DNA from: Candidatus Wukongarchaeum yapensis
GTDB taxonomy: Archaea > Asgardarchaeota > Wukongarchaeia > Wukongarchaeales > Wukongarchaeaceae
Assembly: GCA_016840425.1 (NCBI GenBank)
Contig: JAEOSI010000004.1
Location: forward strand, 1-26,044
Length of the DNA: 26,044 bases
Direction of reading: 5' to 3'
Shown here: positions 1-8,375 of the stretch, in pieces
Layout: each line of letters opens with the position of its first letter
Numbering within the stretch: the stretch's first letter is position 1
Position numbers and translations under genes: made by a program
The notes under the pieces: model-generated
The model's input: only the letters and a program-made list of their open reading frames with translations
Told to the model about the DNA's origin: nothing
Database searches by the model: none

Positions 1-21
1 CCGGAGAAGGTTGTTAAGGTA

Positions 22-684
22 GTGGATCCTGAGAAGCGGAGATTGTTGAGTCTTAGGGAGAAGGTTAAGAAGAAGAGTCCTGTTTTTCGTCGGTGTGAGA
101 GTTGGCGTTATAAACGTGTTAATACGGGATGGCGTAGACCTAAGGGTTTGGATACTAAAATGCGTTATGAGTTGAAGGGTTGGCCTCGAATTGTCAAGGT
201 GGGTTATAGGAAGCCTAAGAAGGTTAGAGGCCTTCATGCGAGGGGGTTGGAAGAAGTTTTGATTTTTAGCCCTTCAGAGGTTGTTTCCGTAGATCCTTAT
301 ACTCAAGTGATAAGGATTGGTGGGAGTGTGGGGTTAAGGAAGGGACGTGAGATTCTCAGGGTTGCGGAGAGATTTGGAATTCATGTTTTGAATCCTAAGG
401 GTGAAGCCTTACCTCCAGAAATCGAGTTAGAAGAAGAGTTTGGAGAAGAGGAAGCATTAGAGATAGAAAAAGAATGGGAAGAAGAGTTAGAGAAACGGGA
501 AGAAGTAGAGGAAGAGCTGGAAGAAGAGGAAAAGGAAGAAGAGGAGATAGAGAAACTGGAGGAACTAGAGAAACTAGAGGAAGAGCTGGAAGAAGAAGAG
601 GAAGAAGAGGAAGAATTAGAGGAGGAGTGGGAGAAAGAGTTTGAAGAGTTGGTAAAAGAAGGGGAAGGGGAAGAAAAAGGTTAA
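22..684 (+). CDS. rpl32e: 50S ribosomal protein eL32 (L32e) with long acidic C-terminal tail; possibly 5'-truncated
   Basis: L32e motifs FRRCESWRYKRV..WRRPKG.D.KMR, GYR.PK.VRGLH and HVLNP. The frame is open back to base 1 (PEKVVKV), so the true start may lie outside the window. Residues ~126-220 are Glu-rich. Confidence 0.96.
   Translation: MDPEKRRLLSLREKVKKKSPVFRRCESWRYKRVNTGWRRPKGLDTKMRYELKGWPRIVKVGYRKPKKVRGLHARGLEEVLIFSPSEVVSVDPYTQVIRIGGSVGLRKGREILRVAERFGIHVLNPKGEALPPEIELEEEFGEEEALEIEKEWEEELEKREEVEEELEEEEKEEEEIEKLEELEKLEEELEEEEEEEEELEEEWEKEFEELVKEGEGEEKG
397..681 (+). repeat. GA-rich low-complexity coding tract (poly-Glu tail of eL32) with short degenerate repeats
   Basis: Almost all GAA/GAG codons; GAAGAGCTGGAAGAAGA occurs twice and AGAAACTRGAGGAA twice in tandem. 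Confidence 0.85.
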
Positions 685-827
685 AGGAAAATAGTGGAAG
701 ATGTGAGAGAGAGTAGGTGTTGTTGATTGGTTACTATTAATTGATGGTTTTTTGATAAAGCTTTTATTTTTAATTGTTTTTTGAGTTTTTAAGGGGTTTT
801 TTTCGAATTAGAAGTTGGTGGTTCTTT

Positions 828-1295
828 ATGAGTTTGAGGCCTCAGAGGCGTATTGCTGCGGATATTCTTGGAGTTGGCGAGAACAGGGTTTTTATTCAGC
901 CTGAGTTTGTGGACGAGGTTAGTTTAGCTTTGACTAGGGCTGATCTTAAGAAGTTGGTTTATGATGGGATAATACGGGTACGACCTGTTAGGGGTGTTAG
1001 TAGGGGGCGGGCTCGTAGGTTTCATGAGAAAAGGAAGAAGGGGCTTCGGCGGGGTTCTGGTAGTAGGAAGGGGGCTAAAACTGCTAGGATGCCGAGGAAA
1101 AGGAGTTGGATGTTTAGGATAAGGGCTCAAAGGCGGTTTTTGAGGGAACTTCGTGATAGTAGGTCGGTAACTCCTAATACGTATAGAATGCTTTATAAAA
1201 AGGCGAAAGGAGGAACCTTCAAAAGCGTAAATGCTTTAAAGATGTATATTGAAGAGCATAAGCTTTATGCTAAGAGAAAGGAAAGAAAAAGATAG
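828..1295 (+). CDS. rpl19e: 50S ribosomal protein eL19 (L19e)
   Basis: MSLRPQRRIAADILGVGENRV, SRGRAR, GLRRGSGSRKGAK, LYKKAKGGTFKS. ATG 828 with GGTGG RBS at 817-821 is preferred over the ORF-track start at 774. Confidence 0.97.
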   Translation: MSLRPQRRIAADILGVGENRVFIQPEFVDEVSLALTRADLKKLVYDGIIRVRPVRGVSRGRARRFHEKRKKGLRRGSGSRKGAKTARMPRKRSWMFRIRAQRRFLRELRDSRSVTPNTYRMLYKKAKGGTFKSVNALKMYIEEHKLYAKRKERKR

Positions 1296-1336
1296 TTTGA
1301 AAGTTTTTGGAGAAATGTTTTACAGAGGGGAACTTC

Positions 1337-1927
1337 ATGGCACGGGGTCCAAGATACAAGGTTGCTTTTAGAAGGAGAAGAGAAGGAAAAACTGATTATT
1401 ATCTTAGACGTAAGTTTATCGTTTCTCGAAAGCTGCGTTTAGTGGTGCGTCAATCGTTAAAGCACATGGTTGTGCAAGTAGTAGAGGCGTCGTTACCTGG
1501 GGATAAAGTGTTAGTTTCTGCGTATACTAAGGAGCTTGTAAAGGATTATGGTTGGAAGCAGAGTACGGGTAATCTACCTGCCGCTTATTTAGTGGGATAT
1601 TTGGCGGGATTTAAAGCAGTTAAAGCTGGTTTTGATGAGGCTATAATGGATGTAGGGGTACAGATAAAGAAAAGTTCAAGGCTTTTCGCGGTTTTAAAAG
1701 GTGCTGTGGATGCAGGGTTAAGGGTTCCTCATACTGAAAAAATTATACCTTTGGAATCTCGTATTAGGGGTGAGCATATAGCAACTTATGCTGAGCAACT
1801 TTTAAATGAGAATCCTGAGCTTTATAAGCGTCAATGGGGTAAAGTTTTAGAACAAGGTTCTAAGCCTGAAGATATTGTAGAAGATTTTGAAAATGTGAAA
1901 AAAGCGATAGAGGAAAGATTTGCGTGA
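1337..1927 (+). CDS. rpl18: 50S ribosomal protein uL18 (archaeal L18)
   Basis: MARGPRYKVAFRRRREGKTDY, GNLPAAYLVG, GAVDAGL.VPH, RIRGEHI. Start ATG 1337 after GAGGGG. Confidence 0.97.
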   Translation: MARGPRYKVAFRRRREGKTDYYLRRKFIVSRKLRLVVRQSLKHMVVQVVEASLPGDKVLVSAYTKELVKDYGWKQSTGNLPAAYLVGYLAGFKAVKAGFDEAIMDVGVQIKKSSRLFAVLKGAVDAGLRVPHTEKIIPLESRIRGEHIATYAEQLLNENPELYKRQWGKVLEQGSKPEDIVEDFENVKKAIEERFA

Positions 1928-1973
1928 ATAGAGATAGGGAAATGGTCATTATTTTTATTCTTGGATGGTGTTG

Positions 1974-2660
1974 ATGGTGTCAAAAAAAGGCGATCGGGCT
2001 TTTGGAAAAAGGTCTGAAAGTTTTGGGGATGTTTTTGAGGAATGGGAGCCGAAAACTAAGCTTGGACGCTTAGTGAAGGAAGGACAAATAGCAAGTCTTG
2101 CACAGATATTTGAGAACAATTATATTATTAGGGAGGCTGAGATAGTCGAGGTTTTGACCGAGGGGGAGTTAGAGGAGGAAGTTATTAGTGTGGATATATG
2201 TCAAAGACAGACTGATGCGGGGGAGAAAAGTCGTTTTAAGGCGACCGTGGCTGTAGGCAACAAAGCAGGTTTTATAGGGGTAGCAGAAGGAAAAGATAAA
2301 GAGGTAGGACCTGCTATACGTAAAGGAATACTTATTGCAAAACTGAATATTGCCCCGATAAGGAGAGGTTGTGGTAGCTGGGAATGTAGGTGTAATACGT
2401 TGCACAGCGTTCCTTTTAACTTGGTCGGTAAGTGTGGAAGTATTAAGCTGGAACTTATCCCGGGGCCTAAAGGGCTTGGATTAGTTGCAGGTGAAGCTGC
2501 AAAAACCGTGTTAAGATTAGCAGGTATAGAGGATGTGTGGGAAAAGACCTTCGGACGGACAAGGACTAGTTCAAACTTTGCCAAAGCGACATGGAATGCT
2601 TTAAAAGCAAGCTATAACATAATGCATCCGGTAGACTGGGTAGAGCGCAAAAGGTTATAA
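1974..2660 (+). CDS. rps5: 30S ribosomal protein uS5
   Basis: WEPKTKLGRLVKEG, QRQTDAGEKSRF, GCGSWECRC..LHSVPF, LIPGPKGLGLVAG, GRTRTSSNFAKA. Start is ambiguous among in-frame codons at 1965-1977. Confidence 0.97.
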   Translation: MVSKKGDRAFGKRSESFGDVFEEWEPKTKLGRLVKEGQIASLAQIFENNYIIREAEIVEVLTEGELEEEVISVDICQRQTDAGEKSRFKATVAVGNKAGFIGVAEGKDKEVGPAIRKGILIAKLNIAPIRRGCGSWECRCNTLHSVPFNLVGKCGSIKLELIPGPKGLGLVAGEAAKTVLRLAGIEDVWEKTFGRTRTSSNFAKATWNALKASYNIMHPVDWVERKRL

Positions 2661-2783
2661 AACCTCTTTATCCCATCTTAAAAAGCATCTAAGGTAGAAA
2701 ATCAATCAATCTAAAAACTTCATCATGATTTTAATTTGATTAATTATAAGTTTTTATTTTTTAGAAAAAGAGGAGAAATGAAG

Positions 2784-3365
2784 ATGGCGCAAAAAGCCAC
2801 GAGAAAACAAAAGGCGAAAAAAGCGGAAAGAAAAGGCGAAAAATTAAAAGAAAATAAGAAAGTCGAGAGGAAAGAAAAGAAAGGAAGGGTTGTAGGAGAG
2901 GAGAAACACTTAATTGTTATAAGGGTCGGGGGCACGGTAAATGTGAGAAAGGAGATTAATGACACCTTGAAAATGTTGAGGTTACATAAGCCCCATCATG
3001 CGGTTATTGTTAAAAATACGCCTTCAATAATAGGAATGATAAGAAAAGTGAAAGACTATGTAGCTTATGGTGAGATAGATGGAGAAACGCTTGTAAAGCT
3101 TTTGAATAAGCGAGGCAGACTCAGCGGAAATCGCCGATTAACTGAGGAGTATTTGAAGCAAAATACGCAGTTTGGAAGCATAGAAGAGCTTGCAAAAGCT
3201 TTAATGAACTTTGAAGTGGAACTAAAAGATTTGAATGAAGTGAAACCCGTTTTTCGCTTAAGACCTCCCCGCAAGGGTTATAACGGAATAAAAAAGCCTA
3301 AAACTCTAGGCGGCACTCTGGGATATTGGCTTGACATAAACGAGTTAGTGAAAAGAATGATTTAA
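2784..3365 (+). CDS. rpl30: 50S ribosomal protein uL30 (archaeal long form) with Lys-rich N-terminal extension
   Basis: VIRVGGTVNV...DTLKMLRL, GMIRKVKDYVAYGE, PVFRLRPPRKGY. GAGGAG RBS at 2770-2775 favours ATG 2784 (or 2778). Confidence 0.95.
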   Translation: MAQKATRKQKAKKAERKGEKLKENKKVERKEKKGRVVGEEKHLIVIRVGGTVNVRKEINDTLKMLRLHKPHHAVIVKNTPSIIGMIRKVKDYVAYGEIDGETLVKLLNKRGRLSGNRRLTEEYLKQNTQFGSIEELAKALMNFEVELKDLNEVKPVFRLRPPRKGYNGIKKPKTLGGTLGYWLDINELVKRMI

Positions 3366-3387
3366 AGCAGAAAATGGAGGAAAAAAG

Positions 3388-3843
3388 ATGGCTACACGTT
3401 TCAGAAAAAAGATTAGGAAACAGAGAGGCTACCGAACCCACGGTTATGGCCGAGTTAGCGGCGGTCATAGAAAAAGCGGGCAGAGAGGGGGAGTGGGAAA
3501 TTCAGGCTGGAAAGGACAGCACTGGCTAAAAACCACCAAATACGAACCAAAAAGATATGGAAAACAAGGGTTCAAAAGACCGCAAAAAATCCTGAAGGAG
3601 AAAACTACAATAAACCTTTTGGAATTAGAAGAAAAAACAAAAACTTTACTAGAAGAAGGTATAGCTACAAAAAAAGAAAATAAGACAAAAATAGATCTAA
3701 GAAAAATAGGCGTTAATAAACTCCTTGGCAAAGGAAAAGTAACACAATCTCTAGAAATCATAGTAGAACAGGTAAGCAAAACAGCTGTTAAAAAGATCGA
3801 AGAAGCAGGAGGAACAGTTGAAATCATTAAGCCTACCGAATAA
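3388..3843 (+). CDS. rpl15: 50S ribosomal protein uL15
   Basis: RKQRGYRTHGYG..GGHRKSGQRGGVGNSG, YGKQGFKRP, KLLGKG, SKTAVKKIEEAGG; GGAGG RBS. Confidence 0.97.
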   Translation: MATRFRKKIRKQRGYRTHGYGRVSGGHRKSGQRGGVGNSGWKGQHWLKTTKYEPKRYGKQGFKRPQKILKEKTTINLLELEEKTKTLLEEGIATKKENKTKIDLRKIGVNKLLGKGKVTQSLEIIVEQVSKTAVKKIEEAGGTVEIIKPTE

Positions 3844-3998
3844 AAAGCCCACCAAACTAAAAGTAAAGTAAAAAAATAAAGACAAAAATATAGAATACAC
3901 AACAAAAAAATGAGAATATTAACAAACACTTCTCAAGAACTTTCCGAGACCTCTTAAAACACTAAAGCTTTCCATGATAAAAGAGAAGGGTTAGAACG

Positions 3999-5438
3999 AT
4001 GACAAGCAAGTTTCTCACCGCCTTAAAACCGTTCATGTATATCATGCCTGAATGTGCAAAACCAGAAAGAAAGGTGACTTTCCGTGAAAAAATTACGTGG
4101 ACCCTTGTTATCTTAATAATCTACCTTGTAATGTCACAAATCCCCCTTTACGGGGTTCCGAGAAACGTGGGAGGCGGCGATCCTTTCTTCTGGATGAGGG
4201 CTATTCTTGCATCAAACAGAGGAACTCTCACAGAGCTTGGAATAGGACCGATAGTTACTGCCGGTCTCGTCATGCAGCTATTGGTAGGATCAAAGATCAT
4301 CGATGTAGATATGACCGACCCTGATGATCGGGCACTTTTCACAGGGGCGCAAAAAGTTTTAGCACTGATAGTTACAATTTTCCAAGCTATGGCCTTCATT
4401 TTTGGTGGAGCTTATGGTGTTCTTGATTTCAATGGTATTGTGTGGGTGATGTTCCAACTCAGTATTGCAGGCCTCGTAATAATCCTTATGGATGAACTTA
4501 TTCAGAAAGGATGGGGTCTTGGAAGTGGTATAAGTCTCTTTATAGCAGCAGGTGTTTGCGGACATATCCTTTGGAACCTATTTTCACCTTTAACAGCTGA
4601 CGACGGAATGTACCACGGCGTCTTTTTAGCCTTTATACAAGCCCTTCTCACAGGCAAATCCCTAGCAAGCCTAGTTTTGCGAAAAGCCGCGCCAACCGCC
4701 CCAGACCTCATAGGAGTCATAGGAACCATAATCGCTTTCATGGTCGTAATATACTTTGAATCCATAAGAATAGAGATACCGCTAACCTACGCAAAATACC
4801 GTGGCTTCCGCGGAAAATACCCAATAAAACTACTCTACGTCTCCGTTATCCCCGTGATACTAGCAGCAGCCCTCTTTGCAGATTTATATCTGGTTTCTCA
4901 ACTAATGTGGAAACGATGGAGGTACGCAGGAGGCACAAGAGGCTTCTTAGTAAAACTCCTAGGAAACTATGAAGACACCGACCAAGGAGTTCAACCTGTA
5001 AGCGGCTTGACGTATTATTTCACGCCTCCTCGCGGTTTAGAAGCTGTTGCAGCGGATCCCTTCCGCGCCGTGATGTACCTCCTCATCTTCACATTCTTCT
5101 GTGTAATCTTTGCTAAGATGTGGGTTCAAGTGGCAGGCATGGCGCCAAGAGATGTGGCAAAACAGTTAATTGATGCCGAAATGCAAGTACCAGGATTTCG
5201 GAGAAACCCAAAGATTGTTGAGAGACTTCTTGAGCGGTACATCCCAACAGCGGCAATAATCGGCGGGCTTTTCATAGGGCTTTTAGCTGCTACTTCTGAC
5301 TTCTTAGGAGCTTTAGGAACCGGAACGGGAATCCTTCTAGCTGTAGGTATCATAAAACAGTATGCAACAGATATTCTGCCAAAAGAGCAATTAAGCGAAC
5401 AACACCCCGCCCTCGCAGGATTCCTAGGAATAATGTAG
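3999..5438 (+). CDS. secY: Preprotein translocase subunit SecY/Sec61alpha
   Basis: About 10 hydrophobic segments; ASNRGTLTELGIGPIVTAG, GWGLGSGISLFIAAG, YPIKLLYVSVIPVIL, GTGTGILLAVGI; canonical position after uL15. Confidence 0.98.
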   Translation: MTSKFLTALKPFMYIMPECAKPERKVTFREKITWTLVILIIYLVMSQIPLYGVPRNVGGGDPFFWMRAILASNRGTLTELGIGPIVTAGLVMQLLVGSKIIDVDMTDPDDRALFTGAQKVLALIVTIFQAMAFIFGGAYGVLDFNGIVWVMFQLSIAGLVIILMDELIQKGWGLGSGISLFIAAGVCGHILWNLFSPLTADDGMYHGVFLAFIQALLTGKSLASLVLRKAAPTAPDLIGVIGTIIAFMVVIYFESIRIEIPLTYAKYRGFRGKYPIKLLYVSVIPVILAAALFADLYLVSQLMWKRWRYAGGTRGFLVKLLGNYEDTDQGVQPVSGLTYYFTPPRGLEAVAADPFRAVMYLLIFTFFCVIFAKMWVQVAGMAPRDVAKQLIDAEMQVPGFRRNPKIVERLLERYIPTAAIIGGLFIGLLAATSDFLGALGTGTGILLAVGIIKQYATDILPKEQLSEQHPALAGFLGIM

Positions 5439-5529
5439 GAATCATGCTTAAAAACAGAGGAATCCACCCCGACCCTTTATTATTTATGTTAAAAAGTTTC
5501 ATTTTTAACAGTTGAATACTTTTCAAATC

Positions 5530-5545
5530 AAAAAAAGTTTAAAGA
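5530..5545 (+). promoter_or_regulatory. Candidate BRE/TATA promoter upstream of adkA
   Basis: CAAAAAAG followed by TTTAAAGA in the 177-bp secY-adk spacer. Confidence 0.35.
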
Positions 5546-5615
5546 TTAAATTGATAACTAAAGGAGAAATAAAGAAGAAGAAGAAAAAGAAAAAATAAGA
5601 CGAGGATGATTTGTT

Positions 5616-6218
5616 TTGGTCGCTAACATCGTTGTGGTTTTTGGTATACCGGGTGTTGGTAAGACAACCGTTCTCTCAGAAACGGTAGAAACCGCGCCAA
5701 AAGAGGGGTTAAAAGTTCAAGTAGTTAATTTCGGCGATAAGATGCTGGAAGTAGCCTTAGAAGAAAAATTAATTGAAGGAGGAGAAAAAGCAAGGGATCA
5801 GATTCGAAGAATTCCCCTAGAAACCCAACGAAGAATTCAGAGGATTTCAGGAGAAAAAATCGCAAAAATTGCCGAGGAAAGCGAAGGCACAGTAATAGTT
5901 GACACACATGTATTAATACAAACACCTTTCGGCTATCTCACAGGTTTACCAGTATGGGTCGCTGAAGCCTTAAAACCAAACATATTAGCCATAATAGAAG
6001 CAAAAATCGAAGAGATCACAAGCAGAAGGGCAAAAGATTTAACAAGAGAAAGAGACCTTGACGAAGAAGAAAAAATAAAAGAACATCAAAAAATGAATAG
6101 ATGGGGCGCAGTTTGCGTAGCAACACTTACCGGCGCTACCGTAGCCATAATCGAAAACAGTGAAAAAAAAGTAGGAGAAGCTTCAAAAACACTCATAAAA
6201 CTTATCAAAAGCCACTAA
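5616..6218 (+). CDS. adkA: Archaeal adenylate kinase
   Basis: P-loop GIPGVGKTT, NFGD.M, RDQIR, DTH....TP.GYL.GLP, RR.KD.TR.RD; canonical position after secY; TTG start. Confidence 0.95.
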   Translation: MVANIVVVFGIPGVGKTTVLSETVETAPKEGLKVQVVNFGDKMLEVALEEKLIEGGEKARDQIRRIPLETQRRIQRISGEKIAKIAEESEGTVIVDTHVLIQTPFGYLTGLPVWVAEALKPNILAIIEAKIEEITSRRAKDLTRERDLDEEEKIKEHQKMNRWGAVCVATLTGATVAIIENSEKKVGEASKTLIKLIKSH

Positions 6219-6279
6219 AAAATTTCACTATAAACCCGTCTTATCCAACATTTAGCTGAACACGTTTTACAAAGGTTTG

Positions 6280-6310
6280 AAAAAGTTTTAAAATTTAAAG
6301 TTTAAACTTT
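6280..6310 (+). promoter_or_regulatory. Candidate BRE/TATA for a leaderless DUF106 transcript, plus 14-bp palindrome
   Basis: GAAAAAG then TTTTAAAA (6286-6293), ~25 nt before ATG 6318, which has no RBS; AAAGTTTAAACTTT at 6297-6310. Confidence 0.4.
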
Positions 6311-6317
6311 CATAAAA

Positions 6318-6908
6318 ATGAATTGGCAGGTTTTTACAATGCTTTGGGGCTTTGACAGTTGGCTTTACGACTGGCTTGCAAATCATAATGCCACTGGACC
6401 GCCAGGATCTATGATATTTATCACCGTGGTCAGCATATGTCTTTCTTTGATAACTGCCACGGTCACAAAAGTATTGATAGACGTCAAAAAGGTTAGGAGG
6501 AATACTGAACAAATAAAAAAATGGAGCAAACAACGTGCGGAAGCCATAAAAAAAGCAGACAAAAAACTCTTCATAAAAGTGAAAAGAAAAGAAAAATACA
6601 TCCAACGCCTCCAAAGAGAAATGATGGGAATGCAGTTCAAACCAATGCTCGTCTTCATGCTACCTTTCATCTTAATATTCATCTTGTTAAGACATGTTTT
6701 CGGAAGCGACATCGTGGTTCACTTACCATTTCACATGATATTCGACCTAGGAGGCGAAGTAGAAGACCTTCCTGGGAGCGATCGCACAATCACAGGAATG
6801 CACTTCATAGGCTGGTATATCATGTCAAGTTTTGCTCTGGGTTCTTTGATACAGAAGACTTTGGGAGCTCGTAGAGGGCTTGGAGGGCTTGGAGGTATGG
6901 CGAGATAA
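6318..6908 (+). CDS. DUF106 / EMC3-TMCO1 (Oxa1-superfamily) membrane protein
   Basis: TM helix, Lys-rich coiled coil (residues ~55-105), QFKPM motif followed by a TM, C-terminal GWYIMSS TM; canonical position between adk and eL34. Confidence 0.9.
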   Translation: MNWQVFTMLWGFDSWLYDWLANHNATGPPGSMIFITVVSICLSLITATVTKVLIDVKKVRRNTEQIKKWSKQRAEAIKKADKKLFIKVKRKEKYIQRLQREMMGMQFKPMLVFMLPFILIFILLRHVFGSDIVVHLPFHMIFDLGGEVEDLPGSDRTITGMHFIGWYIMSSFALGSLIQKTLGARRGLGGLGGMAR

Positions 6909-6945
6909 TCCGGATTAGATTGGGAAAGAGGTAAGGTGGTGTTTG

Positions 6946-7218
6946 ATGGTTCCTGAACCAAGATTGAGGAGTAGAAGTTCTAAAAGGCGAAAGATTCGCA
7001 CACCTGGTGATAGAACTACCATTCATTATAGGAGTGGTAAAGTAGAAAAGGCTTCTTGTGCGGTTTGTGGTAAAGTGCTTCATGGGGTTCCTAGGGATAG
7101 AGGCAGTGGGTTGAAGAGACTTTCTAAGAGCAAGAAGAAGGTTAATAGACCTTATGGGGGGAATCTTTGTCCTGCTTGCTTAAAAGAGGCTTTGGTTGAG
7201 AAAATTAGGGAAACATAG
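6946..7218 (+). CDS. rpl34e: 50S ribosomal protein eL34 (L34e)
   Basis: RSRS.KR...RTPG, CAVCG..LHGV, SKSKKKVNRPYGGNLCPACL (two CxxC); GGTGGTG RBS. Confidence 0.96.
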   Translation: MVPEPRLRSRSSKRRKIRTPGDRTTIHYRSGKVEKASCAVCGKVLHGVPRDRGSGLKRLSKSKKKVNRPYGGNLCPACLKEALVEKIRET

Positions 7219-7338
7219 AATTGTAAAGTGAATATCACTGTCTAAAATTTTTAAAATTTTAATTTTTTTTAAATTACTCTTTTTGGTTTTTTTAGGAAAA
7301 TAGCTTTTTTTAGAAATTTTTTCGGTGTTGTTTCTAAG

Positions 7339-7929
7339 ATGAAGAAGAAGGGTTATGATGAGTTGGTTGTCACGGTTTCGGGTGTATCGGGGGCGGGTAA
7401 AACTACTTGTGCAGAGATCATTGTTGAGCTGTTTGGGTTGAGGTATGTGTCGGCGGGTATGATTTTTAGAAAAATGGCTTCTGAGAGGGGTATGAGTATT
7501 GTTGAGTTTAGTTTGGAAGCGGAGAAGGATGAGGCGATTGATAGGCTTATTGATGATCAAACGTTGAGAGAGGCTTCTTTTGGGGGGGTTGTGCTGGATG
7601 GGAGGCTTACTGGGATAATGGTGGGGGAAAAGGCGGATCTTAGGGTACTTGTTGTGGCTCCTTTTGAAGAGCGGGTTAAACGTATAGCGGAAAGAGATGG
7701 GGTGTCTTTTGAAGAGGCAAGGGAACAAACCCTTAAAAGGGAGTTTAGTGAGGTACATAGGTATAAAAAGCTTTATGGCGCGGATATTAACGATGTAGAA
7801 AAGTATGATATTGTGCTTAATACAGCAAAGTTTACGCCTGAAAAAATAAAATCTATCATTAAAACGACGGTTGAGAACTTAATAAGAAACAATGGTAAAA
7901 GTTTATATTACTCCCATAGTTTTTATTAA
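7339..7929 (+). CDS. cmk: Cytidylate kinase (archaeal (d)CMP kinase)
   Basis: VSGVSGAGKTT P-loop, SAGMIFRKMA.E.GMS, VLDGRL, RV.RIA.RDG, R.KKLYG.D.ND...YD.V.NT. Confidence 0.94.
   Translation: MKKKGYDELVVTVSGVSGAGKTTCAEIIVELFGLRYVSAGMIFRKMASERGMSIVEFSLEAEKDEAIDRLIDDQTLREASFGGVVLDGRLTGIMVGEKADLRVLVVAPFEERVKRIAERDGVSFEEAREQTLKREFSEVHRYKKLYGADINDVEKYDIVLNTAKFTPEKIKSIIKTTVENLIRNNGKSLYYSHSFY
7895..7909 (+). promoter_or_regulatory. Candidate BRE/TATA inside the 3' end of cmk, upstream of eL14
   Basis: GTAAAAG followed by TTTATATT matches the archaeal BRE-TATA consensus. Confidence 0.45.
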
Positions 7930-8001
7930 GAGTCTTTTCTATGAATTGTTTGAAGGGTGTTAGTAAGTTATAAGTGAGAGAAGAAGAGCGGTGTGGTCTT
8001 T

Positions 8002-8277
8002 ATGGCAAGCTTTGAGGTAGGTAGAGTTGTGGTCAAGATTTTGGGTCGAGAGGCTGGAAGAAGAGCGGTTATAGTGGATATAATAGATGAGAATTTTGCA
8101 CTGATCTCGGGTCCAAAGGATGTTAGTGGTGTTAAGAGAAGACGGGCAAACTTCAAACACTTAGAGCCTGTTAATAAGTCGATTAAAATCAGTAAGGGTG
8201 CGAGTGATGAAGAGATTAAGGCAGCGATAGAGGAAGCGAATCTTTCAGATTACATGCAGGAAGTGATCAAACTATAG
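8002..8277 (+). CDS. rpl14e: 50S ribosomal protein eL14 (L14e)
   Basis: EVGRVVVKILGREAGRRAVIVDIIDENFALISGPKDVSGVKRRR.N.KHLEP. Confidence 0.97.
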   Translation: MASFEVGRVVVKILGREAGRRAVIVDIIDENFALISGPKDVSGVKRRRANFKHLEPVNKSIKISKGASDEEIKAAIEEANLSDYMQEVIKL

Positions 8278-8375
8278 GGGTTCCCGAATTTGTTTAACTT
8301 TTAAATGAGGGGGGAAATGGCATAAAAAAGGTTTTTAAAGAAGGCTTTAATAGGGAGTTACCTTGTGACGAGATA

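Noticed and set aside
5487-5510. 9-bp inverted repeat TGTTAAAAA-N6-TTTTTAACA in the secY-adk spacer
   Set aside because: Almost entirely A/T in an AT-rich spacer; too weak to call a terminator or operator without conservation data.
6876-6893. GGGCTTGGA twice at the end of DUF106 (GLGGLGG)
   Set aside because: A two-copy 9-mer in a Gly-rich terminus; a trivial slippage product.
7180-7758. 192-aa antisense ORF over cmk, and other shadow ORFs (e.g. 3465-3929, 5126-5467, 21716-22159, 22086-22682)
   Set aside because: They lie opposite well-supported genes, have no recognisable motifs, and are expected where the strand skew or codon structure depletes stop codons.
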